Assembly: GCF_006345805.1 (NCBI RefSeq)
Contig: NC_042999.1
Location: 76,260,001-76,324,000 of the forward strand
Reading direction: 5' to 3'
Length of the DNA: 64,000 bases
Source: Octopus sinensis
Taxonomy: Eukaryota
Of this stretch, positions 1 to 13,125 are shown piece by piece. Each line of letters starts with the position of its first letter. Positions within the stretch are counted from its first letter, which is position 1. The notes under the pieces are model-generated. The model ran no database searches. It had not been told where the DNA came from and saw nothing but the letters and a program-made list of their open reading frames with translations. The translations under genes were made by a program, and so were the position numbers.

Positions 1-29
1 TCAAATTTTGCCACAGCATTTTTTTTTTT

Positions 30-176
30 TCGGTTGGGGAGGTTCAATTCCATCAACCTCAGTGTACAACTGGTACTTATTTTATCGACATCGAAAGGAT
101 GAAAGGCAAAATCGACCTCGACGAAATGCCGCTAGCGTGTTGCCCAGCGTGCTAACGATTCTGCTAGATCGCCGCC
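30..176 (-). mobile_element. tRNA-derived SINE family 1 (internally deleted)
   Basis: Head GGCGGCGA.CTAGCAGAATCGTTAGCACG and core GCCTTTCATCCTTTCG...TCGATAAAATAAGTACCAG. The B-box segment is deleted. Confidence 0.8.
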
Positions 177-215
<39 letters not shown>

Positions 216-218
<3 letters not shown>

Positions 219-1861
219 GCACTGTCACCTCTATCTGATATGCTAAATAGAACTGGATGCGGATATAAATGTTACGGCAAAACGATCAGCCACCTTTTAT
301 ATATGGATGACCTAAAACTATACGCTGCAAATGACAAACAGCTGGAAACACTATTAAAGACAGTTCATGGATTTACCAAAGAAATAGATATGAAATTTGG
401 ATTAGAAAAATGCGCCAAAGTATCCATGAAAAGAGGAAAACTAGTTAAGAGTAACAACATCACACTAGATAAAACCAACGAAATAAAAGAATTAGACCAA
501 AGACAAACTTACAAATACTTAGGAATCCATGAACTAGATAAGACACAACACACACAAATGAAAGAGAAAATAAAAAAAGAATATTATAGACGAGTTAGAT
601 CAATACTAAACACAGAGCTCAATGCTAAAAACAAGATAATAGGTATCAACACTTTAGCTGTCCCAGTTATAAGTTACAGCTACAATATCCTTAACTGGAC
701 ACGAAATGAACTGACCAAAATAGATCGGAAAACAAGAAAAATAATGACAGGATCTAGGATGCATCACCCAAAATCTGACATAGAAAGACTATATATACAA
801 CGTATAGAAGGTGGTAGAGGCCTTATACAGCTGGAAAACTACTATAAAATAACGACCATAGGACTGCAAAAATATCTACTTCAGAAGGAAGGAAAACTGA
901 TCCAGATAGCGGCAAAACACGAGCAAAACAAAAAACTGTTCTCAGTATTTAAGGAAGCTGACAAATACAAACAAGAAATCATACCACCTAATAAACATGA
1001 AGAAGAAGAAGAAGAAGATGAAGAAACAACAAAAGCTATAAAACAAATGAAATCCAAACTAAAAATAGAACAGCAACGAACCATGATAAAACGATGGCAA
1101 GAAAAGCCCCTTCATGGTAAATACTGGACTAAACTAAACGCAAAAGAAATAGACAAAGAAAAATCCAAGCAATGGTTGAGAAGCTCAGGACTCAAAGCAG
1201 AAACAGAGGGATTTTTAATTGCAGCACAAGACCAAAGCCTCCCCACCAGAAATTACCAAAAACATGTAATGAAAAGAAATATTACAAGTAACTGCAGAAT
1301 ATGTGGAGATGGACAAGAAACAATAAATCATATTATCTCTAGCTGCCCAGTCTTGGCTAAGAAGGAATATATTCACAGACATGACAGAGTTGGAACCTAC
1401 ATACATTGGAAGCTATGCCAACATTATGGAATAACAACAGAAAAAAGATGGTATAGGCACACACCAGAAAAGGTCACAGAAAACGAGAAAGCAACCATAC
1501 TCTGGGATATGCCGATACACACAGATAGAGAAATTAAGGCCAACAGACCAGATATAGTTGTCAGAGATCATGAAGAAAAAAAATGCTTTCTAATTGATGT
1601 ATCAATACCGGCTGATGACAACGTGTCTCTAAAAGAAATGGAGAAACTCTCAAATACAAAGACCTGGAAATAGAGGTAACTAGAATGTGGAATCTGAAAA
1701 CAGAAACAATTCCTATCATAGTAGGTGCATTAGGCATGATAAAAAAATATTCAGACAAATACATAACAAAAACACCAGGACTTACAAACACATATAACAT
1801 ACAGAAAATTGCACTACTAGGCACTGCACACATCCTACGCAGAACACTTTCCATACAATAA
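216..1861 (+). pseudogene. Truncated and frameshifted RT-RLE ORF of the above element
   Basis: Begins mid-RT; the ATG is created by the (AAT)n junction. One A is missing at CTCAAATAC relative to the paralogous copy at 27.7 kb (TTCAAAATAC). Confidence 0.85.
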
Positions 1862-1960
1862 CCATCAGAGCATCACAACAAATCACAGCACATACCCAAG
1901 GCACACAGAGCTGTGCTCGGTAGTGAAGTGAAAGCACGCTATAAAAATAAAACTACTGAA
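217..1960 (+). mobile_element. 5'-truncated non-LTR retrotransposon with restriction-like endonuclease (R4/Dong-like) inserted in (AAT)n
   Basis: The ORF carries RT YMDD, a CCHC finger (CRICG...HIISSC), RHD and the PD-(D/E)xK nuclease (RPDIVV...IDVS). After a 1-nt frameshift at ~1652 it continues KYKDLEIEVTRMW...GTAHILRRTLSIQ* (stop 1859-1861). A ~100-nt 3' UTR follows. Flanked by (TAA)n at 178-216 and 1961-1975. Confidence 0.92.
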
Positions 1961-2274
1961 TAATAATAATAATAAAATTTTAGATATAACTTTTGCACAA
2001 GATTGACTTACGTTGTTCTGCATTATTTCAGGTGCATGAGGTGTTTGATTCTTCCCTCACTTTATCTAGTCTGAAGAAAAAGCTTCCCGCAATGGAAACT
2101 TCGGAGTAAAAGTCTACAGGCCTTGTTTATGTAAACTTCGACACACTTTTGTGCTAAGTATTATTTGCACATCTTTACTGAACGATGAGAAATGTATATA
2201 TGTATGTATGTATGCATGTATGTATGTATGGGTTGACAGATGTGTATATTTATGTTTATCTCTCCATCTCTCTC

Positions 2275-2313
<39 letters not shown>

Positions 2314-2479
2314 ATTAATGTGTATATACACGCACAAGCACACATGCAAAATGCATGCATATATATACAAATGTATATATATATATATATTCACACACAT
2401 ACAGAATATATATATTTAAATATATATATCACAAACATATACATATATATACATACATACACATATATAAGCGTGTATG

Positions 2480-2573
<94 letters not shown>

Positions 2574-3080
2574 GCTTTTATATGTATACACACATAACAT
2601 ACACAGAATAAGACCGCGAATATGTAAAAGTGATAGAGAGACAGACAGACAGACAGATACATACATACAAGCATGCATACATACATACATACATACAAAC
2701 ATACATACATACATGCATACACACACACACATGTAGGCTTTCTCTGTGTATAGAATTATAGTTTATGCCTCTCACCTAACCTCTCACACTTCTTTATTTT
2801 CCTTTTACCCTTCTTCGATGACTCACTTAAATGTCGTGTAATCCCTATGTGGTATCACAACATTTCTAAGTCGGGTCCATTTATGTTCTTCTTGGTATTT
2901 TGTTTCATATCATATTGTATAAAATAAACATGACACGGTTCTTGATAACGCATATCAGAAAAACACATGTAACAGTAATCCGTGGTGTAAACGTGATGCT
3001 TATTGCACTACAATTACTAACACGTTGTTACAAATGCTCCTTCTATTTCTCCTCCTACTACTACCACTAATAATAATAAA

Positions 3081-3291
3081 CCTTTCTACTGGAAGCACAA
3101 TACCTCAAATTTGGGGGACGGGATTAAGTCGATTACGTGGACCCCAGTGCGTAACTGTTGCTTATTTAATCGACCCCGAAAGGATAGAGGCAAAATCGAC
3201 CTTGGCGGAATTTGAACTCAGAACGTAGTGGCGGGCGAAGTTCCGCTAAGCATTTCGTCTAGCGTACTAACGATTCTCCCAGCTCGCCACC
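3081..3291 (-). mobile_element. SINE family 1
   Basis: A-box head, B-box GAGTTCAAATTCC, conserved core, (ATT)n tail. Confidence 0.88.
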
Positions 3292-3339
3292 TTAGTAATA
3301 ATAATAAATATTATTATTATCATTATCATTAATTCAATT

Positions 3340-3724
3340 TTTTCCACAAGGTTAGGTTGGAGGAGGAGGGAATGAATCGATTGCCTCGACACAAGTGTTC
3401 ATCTGCTACTTATTTTATCGACCCCGAAATGATAAATGGCAAAGTCCAACTCGGTGGAATTTGAACTCAGAACGTAGCAACAGACGAAATACCTATTTCT
3501 TTACTACCCACAAGGGGCCAAACACAGAGAGGACAAACAAGGACAGCCAAACGGATGAAGTCGATTACATCGGCCACAGAGCGCAATTGGTACTTATTTA
3601 ATCGACCCCGAAAGGATAAAAAGCAAAGTCGACATGTGCGGAATTTGAACTCAGAACGTAACGGCAGTCGAAATACGGCTACGCATTTCGCCCAGCGTGC
3701 TAACGTTTCTACCAGCTTGCCGCC
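3340..3724 (-). mobile_element. SINE family 1 composite (full copy with alternative tail plus a headless second copy)
   Basis: 3724-3493 is a full SINE ending ...CCTTGTGGGTAGTAAAGAAATAG, fused directly to GTATTTCGTCTG...B-box and core (3492-3340). Confidence 0.8.
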
Positions 3725-3776
3725 TTATCAATAATAATAATAGTAGTAGTAGTAGTGGTAGTAGTGGTAGTAGTAG

Positions 3777-3824
<48 letters not shown>

Positions 3825-4073
3825 AACTACCTATGCTGCTGGTACTCCTGTATTAGCTAGAGCTAGAGGTACCAACACACAGATAATGATCATAGCAATG
3901 ATGCTGATAATGATAAACTTCATCATCATCATCATCATCATTACTCTCACCAACAAGGACAACATCGTGGTAGGCACTTCTACTATCGTAAGCAAAATCT
4001 ACTACTTAGCATATGACTTTCTCTCTTATCACACCCGCGTCATTCACCACCCTCCCACACATATATATATATA

Positions 4074-4304
4074 TATTTCTTTACTACCCACAAGGGGCTA
4101 AACACAGAGGAGACAAACAAGGACAGACAAACGGATTAAGTCGATTATATCGACCTCAGTGCGTAACTGGTACTTAATTTATCGACCCCGGAAGGATGAA
4201 AGGCAAAGTCGACCTCGGCGGAATTTGAACTCGGAACGTAACGGCAGACGAAATACGGCAACGCATTTCGCCCGGCGTGTTAACGTTTCTGCCAGCTCGC
4301 CGCC
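4074..4304 (-). mobile_element. SINE family 1, alternative-tail subfamily (young copy)
   Basis: Near-consensus head, B-box and core. The tail GTTTGTCTGTCCTTGTTTGTC...CCTTGTGGGTAGTAAAGAAATA runs into (TA)n. Confidence 0.9.
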
Positions 4305-4886
4305 ATATATATATGTGTGTGTGTGTGTGTGTCTGTGTGTCTGTGTGTGCATGTATGTGTGCGTGTATGTGTGTGTGTGTTTTGACACAAAGTGCTTATG
4401 CGCGAATTAAAACATTAATCACGGCTGCTGGTAACAGTTAAGGCAGTCAAACAGGGAATAGTTGTAATTCTAAAATCAAAATGTGGGCAATCAAATGCAG
4501 TCACAGCAGATGCTACCATCATGAAAAAGTGAATATTTTGGTCAACGTATTCCAAGTTTCGATAAACCGTAAAAAAGCCGTCACGTTTATGGCCGGAAGT
4601 AATTTCGTTCTAGTTCTACCAAACTAAAACTAAGAAGTGCTGTACAAAATAAACAATAAGAAGCAATAGCAAAATGTAGAAATGCCCTTCTCGTATGAAA
4701 TCGCAGCGCTGGACTAACAACACATAATGGTATTTTACTTCAAGATACGGATCATCAGGCTGTCCTGCTGTTCACCTACAGCTGTTATCACCAATGATGG
4801 CAACGTCAACAGACAGGTTTATTTCAAAGTGTAACTGTGTATGTGTATGACAACAAACACATAACCCTTCCCACAACGGGCGAAAA

Positions 4887-5101
4887 GGCGGCGAGCTGGT
4901 AAAACCATTAGCACGCCGGGCGAAATGCTTAGTGGTATTTTGTCTGTCTTTATGTTCTGAGTTCAAATCCTGCTGCGGTCGACTTTTCCTTTCATTCTTT
5001 CGGGTTCGATAAATTAAGTACCAGTTGGGTACTGGGGTAGATCTAGTTGACTCGCCCCCCCCCACTCCACCAAAATTTCGAACCTTGTGCCTAGAGTAAA
5101 A

Positions 5102-5154
<53 letters not shown>

Positions 5155-5336
5155 GCAACGAGCTGGCCGAATCGTTAGCACGCCAGGCGAAATGCTTAGC
5201 GGTATTTCGTCCGTCTTCTCGCTCTGAGTTCAATTCTCTTTGCCTTTCATAAAAATAAGTTCCAGTTGAACACATGTCGATGTAATCGACTTAATCCCTT
5301 ATCCCAAATTCGAGGCTTTGTGCTTACTGTAGAAAA
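4887..5336 (+). mobile_element. Two tandem SINE family 1 copies (4887-5100 and 5155-5336) with (ATT)n tails
   Basis: GGCGGCGAGCTGG...GAGTTCAAAT...TAAGTACCAG motifs occur twice, separated by (ATT)n. Confidence 0.88.
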
Positions 5337-5393
<57 letters not shown>

Positions 5394-6595
5394 CTCACTT
5401 TGGTTAATATACCCTTTTGTAGCCAACAACACTAGCTTTAAATAAAATCAGTAACAATTTGAAAATTTGAATGGATTATTGATGTCTTTGAGGTTCTTCC
5501 TTTGCTCTTGTTTACGTATTTCATACAATTGTCTTCAAAGTGTTTTGATGTTTTTAGTATCTTCATGATGTCCTATCGATTTCAAACTTTTTTCTAAACA
5601 CCTACATGAATATATTTCTTTTTCTGAAATTTAAGTCAAACTCTGGGTCATATTTATATGTAGGTGCGTCATTTCTCAGAACACAGTCCTCCACAGGTTA
5701 GGTGTTTGGAATTCTTTCATTTTCCATACGAAATATATAGTCTGCCCACCTCACTCTGTCACATTGCAAGAAAGCTAGGCCTACAAAGATTGATAACTCT
5801 TAAACCTTAAAATCAATCACATTGTCTCTGCAAAATATATATGTATTATCTCGGAGACACTTTTCCTGCAAATATCTCTGAACGTTTTATTTGGTTTGTT
5901 TAACTGCTGAGCATCAGAACGGATAAAATGCATGTTTTCAAAATTCATTATCATTCCTATATACAGTTAAAACATAGCAAATCTTTTAATTTATCAAAGA
6001 GCAGCAATGACTTCTGAATTCTATTTGCTCTTTTGTCATTTACATGTTCAACCTTGTTTAATGTACTGCCAATATATGCAGTATGATATTATTTCATGAT
6101 GAACGCAACAGTTTCTAAGGTAGGATTGATAAAGGATAACAGCTTTATAAAGCTATATGAACTGCCATGAAATTTTATCCATAAGAATTTGAAGATCTGT
6201 TTAAGTAGAAAGATATCACAAGTCATCAGTGTACGAGAGGTGCCTTGTCGGAGGCACAAAAGTGAATTATTTAGAAATGTAATTATTCTTTTGGTTTCAA
6301 ATTAAGAAGACCACCTGCCGATGCTCACCCAAAGCCAGTTCTAGTTTTCTGTCTCAAGAATACAATTTCAATTTAAATCTTGCTATATCTTTCTAAACCG
6401 CTGTATTTTAAAACTAATCTACAACTACGTTTTAGGACCGTTTTCATTCCAGCCTTTCGCATTATTTCTTTCTTTTTTCTCTCTCTCTCAGAATTAAATT
6501 GTATTTGTTTCTAAATTTCTACGCGATTCGAGATAAAAGATGCCTTCGTCCCATCGAGGAGCTCTGTACCCTGCTCCCACCACTAGATTTCCGTA

Positions 6596-6632
<37 letters not shown>

Positions 6633-7154
6633 GTGAGTGTGTTTGTGTGTGTGTGTGTGAATATACGTATGTATGCATGTGTATGTATGTATGTATGTAT
6701 ATTTGTATGTATTTATGTATGCAACTGAGGACGCTTGTGTGTATGTAAGTATCAGTAGTGTGTTTGTGTTGTTATTATTAGACTGAGTATTCATATGATC
6801 AAAGGAATTTCATTCGCGACAATCCCGCAGTTTTTTAAGTATGTAGAACTTACATTATTTCAGCCCTGTTCTTATTTAAGGCAGTAGGGTGTGATTTGAG
6901 AAAAATTTGGCGGTAATTTCTCACGTTGAGGCACTCGAAGCGCTTGTTTTTGTGTCTGCATATCAATTATCTTATATACATGTCGCTGTGTGTGTGTGTA
7001 TGTGTGTGTGTGTGTGTATGTGTGTGTGTGTAAATATATATATATACATACATAGAGAGAGAGGGAGAGATAGTTACATTTTTAGCAAAAAATATGGGTG
7101 CGTGCACGTTTTGCATATGTGTTTATGCATGTGTGAAACACTGTGTGTATGTAT

Positions 7155-7411
<257 letters not shown>

Positions 7412-7985
7412 TATTTCTATATCGACCAGACACACATGTATACATTATAGGAACATAGAAACAACTACATTGGAAACTACTTGAGCTAATTAATATACAA
7501 TGCATGAATCATTTTCTTATGAAATGCTCTGTTAAATATGTGTATTTAACATCACTTCGCACTTTACTTAGTCCAATTTGTCGGAAAAGAAGAAAAATAA
7601 TAATAATAATGAATAAATCGAAAATGTGTAAACCATTTTGTTAGGCTCCACAATCAATTGATTTTGGATTATCTCATGCTTTAAGTGCATATATATTATT
7701 TGTTTATAGTAAATTTGTATCCATAATTGTATATGGCTAATTGCAATATATGCGCCAATCATGATGTCACCAGGATGATATATGTTTGCCTTTCCTTATA
7801 AAATGAGGCTTTGAACTTTCGTATAAACACAGATGGATACCGCACCATCTGTTTTTAAATCTACGCGAATGTTTACCTTTCGTTTTGTTTCATTATTTTT
7901 GCACTCCGGGTTTAGAAAATAGAATTAGTTGAGATTCATACGGTTAATGTTGATTTTCAAGGAATATATGGGTATATATATACAT

Positions 7986-8055
<70 letters not shown>

Positions 8056-9941
8056 GTGTGTGCGTGTGCGTGTGTTGGTGGTAAAAGTAGGTCTGAAGCA
8101 TTGTATTTTCAGAATCGAATAGCTACATAGATTGTTTAACTTAAGGTAAGGCAAACACTCTCAGTCGTGTAAATAGATGGTTGTCGGAACGTTTTCCAAT
8201 AGAGTTTCATGGGATGAAACTTACAGGTTTTAAGTTAATAGCATGATAAACTGCTGCAGAAAAATGAATGTCAGTAAGAACAATAGTAGTGCATGTTCTG
8301 GATACCCTTCTAATACAAACTCTTTACTTTCTTCTGTTTGATTAACAACGGAATTCTAAATCCAATGTTTATTTTATATAGTAATATTGTTTGTTAGAAC
8401 TCCCAGATTACTATTTAGCAGAATTACTTTGAGAAATTGAAAAAAAACTGAAAAACGTTTTTTCAATATATAGACATAAGATTTTCTTTCCCTAGATATC
8501 TAGATATCCCGAGAGGTAACTGAATTGCAGACTGAGAGTTCAACAGTTCGTAGTACACCATCACTATCACCACAGTGTTTTTATGATCAACGCATTGACT
8601 GTCGCCCGCTAGGTTGAAGAAATTACATATAAAATAAGGGCCAAGAAGTGACAGACGGAACCGTAGTTTCACATGCTACAATCAAGATAACTGACTAGCT
8701 TTGAACGTTTAACAAACAAAATATAAAATGAACAGCATGAATTGACAAAACACGTATTATAAAGAAAGTTATAAAAACATGAACGAGCATTTACTTAGCT
8801 GTCAGTGCTGATCTTTGTCTAAGTATAACTTCGGAGAGAAACGGATCCTGTTTCACTAGACAGGCCCATCTAACATTGATAATACGGACATTATTGTCGT
8901 TGTTGCTATAGGACATATCTGACTATATCAATCTATAATAAAAGGCATTCCAGCCTTATTTTTCCAGAAATAATATATCTAGAATTACATAATCCTATTG
9001 TCCTTTATTTCTCATAAAAGAAGTAATGCTGACTGGCTATTACTGTTGTTGTTGCTATTATGGCGTAGCTATTTCGTTTCTATCAGGTCAAGCGACTGGA
9101 CACAGACTACTTCATTGTTTTGTAATAGGATGATTATATATGCAGCGAGAGTTCTACACACCCAACGCGTTTCAGTGTATGAGGTCTTCATGTAAATAGT
9201 GTAAATAATTTTAAGAAAAGCAACACAAGTTTTTGTTTGTATGCAACAAAACTATTGAAAGTATATTTTTTTGTAAGTTTCCCCTTTTTATAGACTGAAA
9301 AAAAAATAAATAAAAACTGTAGAAATAAAAAAAAGAACACGGCAAAAACACGACATTGATTTCAATCAGTTATTTTTTACCTTCTTAAAAAGCAAGCAGA
9401 CCGAATTTGTATTTGTTAATAGACTTTTTGATAAGCTTTTCAGAAACAAGTTGATTTTTAGGCAGTTTGCCAGTGATTGCTTATTATTTGCATTTACAAA
9501 CATTTGTTATTGATACCATGATGATGATGATGATGATGACGACGACGTCTACCGTTATTCCTATTTTGGTGTTGTTGTTGTTGTTATTCTGGTTTCAACG
9601 GCTTCATACTAGTTTCTGCAGTGCCACCATGGATGGTGGGTGGAGAACTGTATTTGTTTGGAGCATCTGTTTTGATTTGTTGCGGTGTTTCTTTTGCTAT
9701 TTCCGGTGTTACATTAGTGTTTCTTATGTTTGTAGCGTACAATACATCAATAATGGATTATTTTTTTAAAAACTTAAGTGCGAATTATGATTTGTGTTTG
9801 TTAAACGAGTTGGATTATGATTAGTGCTTTTGTATCTTATTATGATTACTATTATGATATGACGAGTACAGCATTAACAGTTAAAAGGCTTACAATAATC
9901 TATACCAATACTAAGAAAGTAATTAGTAAGAATGTACTCAC

Positions 9942-10022
9942 CCAATGACTGTTCCATCGATTTGTAACAAAAGCTGGTCCTAATGATCGTGCTGGGTTTA
10001 ACGAAGAACTTGTATATCGATA
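9942..10022 (-). CDS. Aquaporin/MIP channel 81-bp exon with second NPA motif (missed by the ORF track)
   Basis: Reads TTTTACAG|TAT CGA TAT ACA AGT TCT TCG TTA AAC CCA GCA CGA TCA TTA GGA CCA GCT TTT GTT ACA AAT CGA TGG AAC AGT CAT TGG|GTGAGT, i.e. YRYTSSSLNPARSLGPAFVTNRWNSHW. Phase 0/0 and in frame with the 58139-58343 exon. Same size and boundaries as exon 3 of vertebrate AQP1/AQP4. LNPARSLGPxFVxNxWxSHW resembles insect Big brain. Confidence 0.95.
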
Positions 10023-10145
10023 CTGTAAAAGACATTAAAGTAATAAGATTTACAAAACGATGGTAACCAATACACTTGGAGAAGCATGAAATGTATGCAT
10101 ACACATGTACACCGTATATAAATATATATATATATATATACTTAT

Positions 10146-10182
<37 letters not shown>

Positions 10183-11069
10183 ATGCTTAGATCTGCAAGT
10201 GTTCATTTGTATTTAAGTATGTGTAATGAGAAGAGAGCAATGATAAGGTGATAAAAGCCATAAATGAAAGCGAAATCGTCACGGAAATACAATTTCCTAT
10301 TGTAACAGTTTTACAGAAATACATAAAATTATGCCTTCAACCGCGACCATCAAAATGAAGAAGATGTATCAACCAAGATGGACACATTCGAAAATAACAT
10401 TTCAGAGCATGAGCCAAAGAAGCTTCAACATTAAAGGCAGGACCTATCGGATAATGTAGTTCTTAAAATAGTCACACACTCTCTGAAAATTAGATTAGAT
10501 AGCCAAAGTTGGAATCAGAGCCGGGCCGATCTGGGACTAAATATTAACAACAAAGGGAAACAATCTATACCAGACGCAAATCGTTTTTAACAACTAATAT
10601 AAATATACGGTGAAATAAGTACTCATATGCATAATGAGGCCAGTACGATAACTTTAATTAATGGATCTATACTCTTATCAAGGGAAGATAAACATTATTA
10701 AACAATGCTTAACGAAACCAAACATACTTTTGTAAAAGCGATATAGCCATATACATATATATAGCATGCTGTAGTAGAATGATATCGGTTGATTTGTTTG
10801 GCATAATCACAATCTTTTGGACTATTGATTTCAAATGCTGGGTAATGGAATTTGTGAATTTCTTGTCTTTCCTAAGAGCATTAGCGAACAAGTATGTGCT
10901 TGTGTATATATGTGAGTATCTCTGTGTGCTGGTGTGTATACAGAAAGACAGACAGGGAAATAAATAGAAACAATGAAGCTATCGCAAACATTCTCAATAA
11001 AAACAATATAGATATGACAAGTATAACAAAGATATAACAATGGCGTTAATGTCATTATTGTATTGGCCT

Positions 11070-11270
11070 AATCGGTAGAGCGTTAAATCCTTTGCGGCCA
11101 TTAAGTGCTTCGTTCTGAGTTCAAATATTGCCTCCATCGACTTGGTTATTCATCCTTCTTGAGGGTAGATAAAATAGATTATCAATGACATACTCGAGTA
11201 GATTCAACCGATTGTAATCCCTCCCCTCTGTATGGCCGCCATCCGATCGCCATGTTGTAATTGGAAACAT
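11070..11270 (+). mobile_element. Degraded SINE family 1
   Basis: CGTTCTGAGTTCAAAT...CGACTT...TTCATCCTT...GATAAAATA motifs. Confidence 0.6.
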
Positions 11271-11409
11271 AGAAGAACTTTGAAATGCAAAATGGGGAGA
11301 ACATTTTGAAAAATACCGAATGATATTTATTCATAACACTATACGTTGCGCGTTCAAATCCCAATAAGAATTATTTTAGCTCTCATTCTTCCAACGATAA
11401 TTGTGACCT

Positions 11410-11462
<53 letters not shown>

Positions 11463-11660
11463 TGTAGTACCTCAGTTTTCGAACTACTGATCACGAATAG
11501 ACTGTGCTTTATCTCCTGTCTTTCTCATGTTCATATAATACATTAGTAACTCGGTTTACGAACGACTCTGATCACGAATAAATCGTGCTTTATATCTATA
11601 TCAATATTATATATATATATATAATATATATATATATATGTGTGTGTGTGTATGTATACA

Positions 11661-12067
11661 CTTTTACTTGTTTCAGTCATTTGACTGCGGCCATGCTGGA
11701 GCACCGCCTTTAGTCGAGAAAATCGACCCCGGGACTTATTCTTTGTAAGCCCAGTACTTATTCTATCGGTCTCTTTTTTGCCGAACCGCTAATTGACGGG
11801 GACATAAACACACCAGCATCGGTTGTCAAGCAATGCTAGGGGGACAAACACAGCCACACAAACACACACGCACACACACACATATATATATATATACATA
11901 TACACGACGGGCTTCTTTCAGTTTCCGTCTACCAAATCCACTCACAAGGCCTTGGTCGGCCCGAGGCTATAATAGAAGACACTTGCCCAAGGTGCCACGC
12001 AGTGGGACTGAACCCGGAACCATGTGGTTGGTAAGCAAGCTACTTGCCACACAGCCACTCCTGCGCC
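11661..12067 (-). mobile_element. tRNA-derived SINE family 2 (CORE-like, internal microsatellite)
   Basis: Head GGCGCAGGAGTGGCTGTGTGG...GGTTCCGGGTTCAGTCCC, CORE-like ACCTTGGGCAAGTGTCTT, internal (TA)/(TG) tract, and tail ...CAGCATGGCCGCAGTCAAATGACTGAAACAAGTAAAAG. Confidence 0.88.
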
Positions 12068-13125
12068 CGTATATATTATATATTAGGGAAACAACTTTTT
12101 AATTTTTTCCTCGAAATCAATTTCCTGTATCGTATTTAGATGAGCTTTTATGCATAAGTAAGTGAAGTGAACTCACGTTTCAGTAATCTTTAAAAAAGTT
12201 TACCTATGAATCCATATTTGTATGGTTATGTAAAACTTGTTTGAATATGAGCAAGATTGTATAGAACTCTTGGCTTTCAATAAATTCTGAGCATTTATAA
12301 GACTTCAGATATAGATATAAAGATTGTATTGCTGAGTCATCATGCTTAGTAATAAGGCAAATAATAATTAAGTTTTTCTTTCACTTTCACCCTTGTTGTT
12401 TCGGTTTCAGTGTAAGTTCTGCATGACTGCTAGCGGTATGCGATTCAAGTAAAGCTTTGAAGATGACAGAGTTGATTAAAATGATAGTGATAGTGATGAG
12501 ACTTATTCCTCCACAAGAAGGCACAACAAATCTGCAATTGGTAGGAGACTTGTAACTGGAGCAAACGTCTCTACCAACAAAGCTGTGAAAATCTGCAAGC
12601 AGTTGTCAGAGGAGGGCATTGACAAGTAATACAAAGAATACAAAGAACGACCCTTCATCAGTTGTCGGCTGCCTTTCTACATAAAATTCGAGTGCGCAGT
12701 TATTCTTTCTGTAACAATATAATAGAGGTGGAGAGTGAAATGATGAAGCCCTTCTTCCCTTAGATTCAAACTTTATAGCTATATGCACGAGTAGAAATCG
12801 TTATAATTGAAACATACATCACAATTCTGCCCACATGCTGATGCTATTGTTTTGCCCCCTTCCATCCATGACCACACTATCCCTTTGAAAATTATCTATC
12901 ACGTTGTCCAACGCGTTATGTCTTTAAGATGACTAATGTATGATTTGAAAGGAAATAGGTTGCTAGCTCTTGCAGATCAAACAACCATGTTGACACCTTC
13001 GAGTTGATTTCTTCACATATATACGAGGTAGTTCACTGAAACCTGAGAAACGAGAATATCGGTCAAAATAATTTTGATATTTCTCAGAGATAAACACCTA
13101 AAAATATTATGCGATATCCCTTAAA

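Noticed and set aside
7826-7856. Short hairpin ACAGATGG-N8-CCATCTGT
   Set aside because: An 8-12 bp stem is expected by chance in 64 kb of AT-rich DNA.
8463-8672. Minus-strand ORF with LLGP, a candidate final aquaporin exon
   Set aside because: It lacks the VYWxGP motif and a compatible phase-0 acceptor. I found no such exon between positions 1 and 9941.
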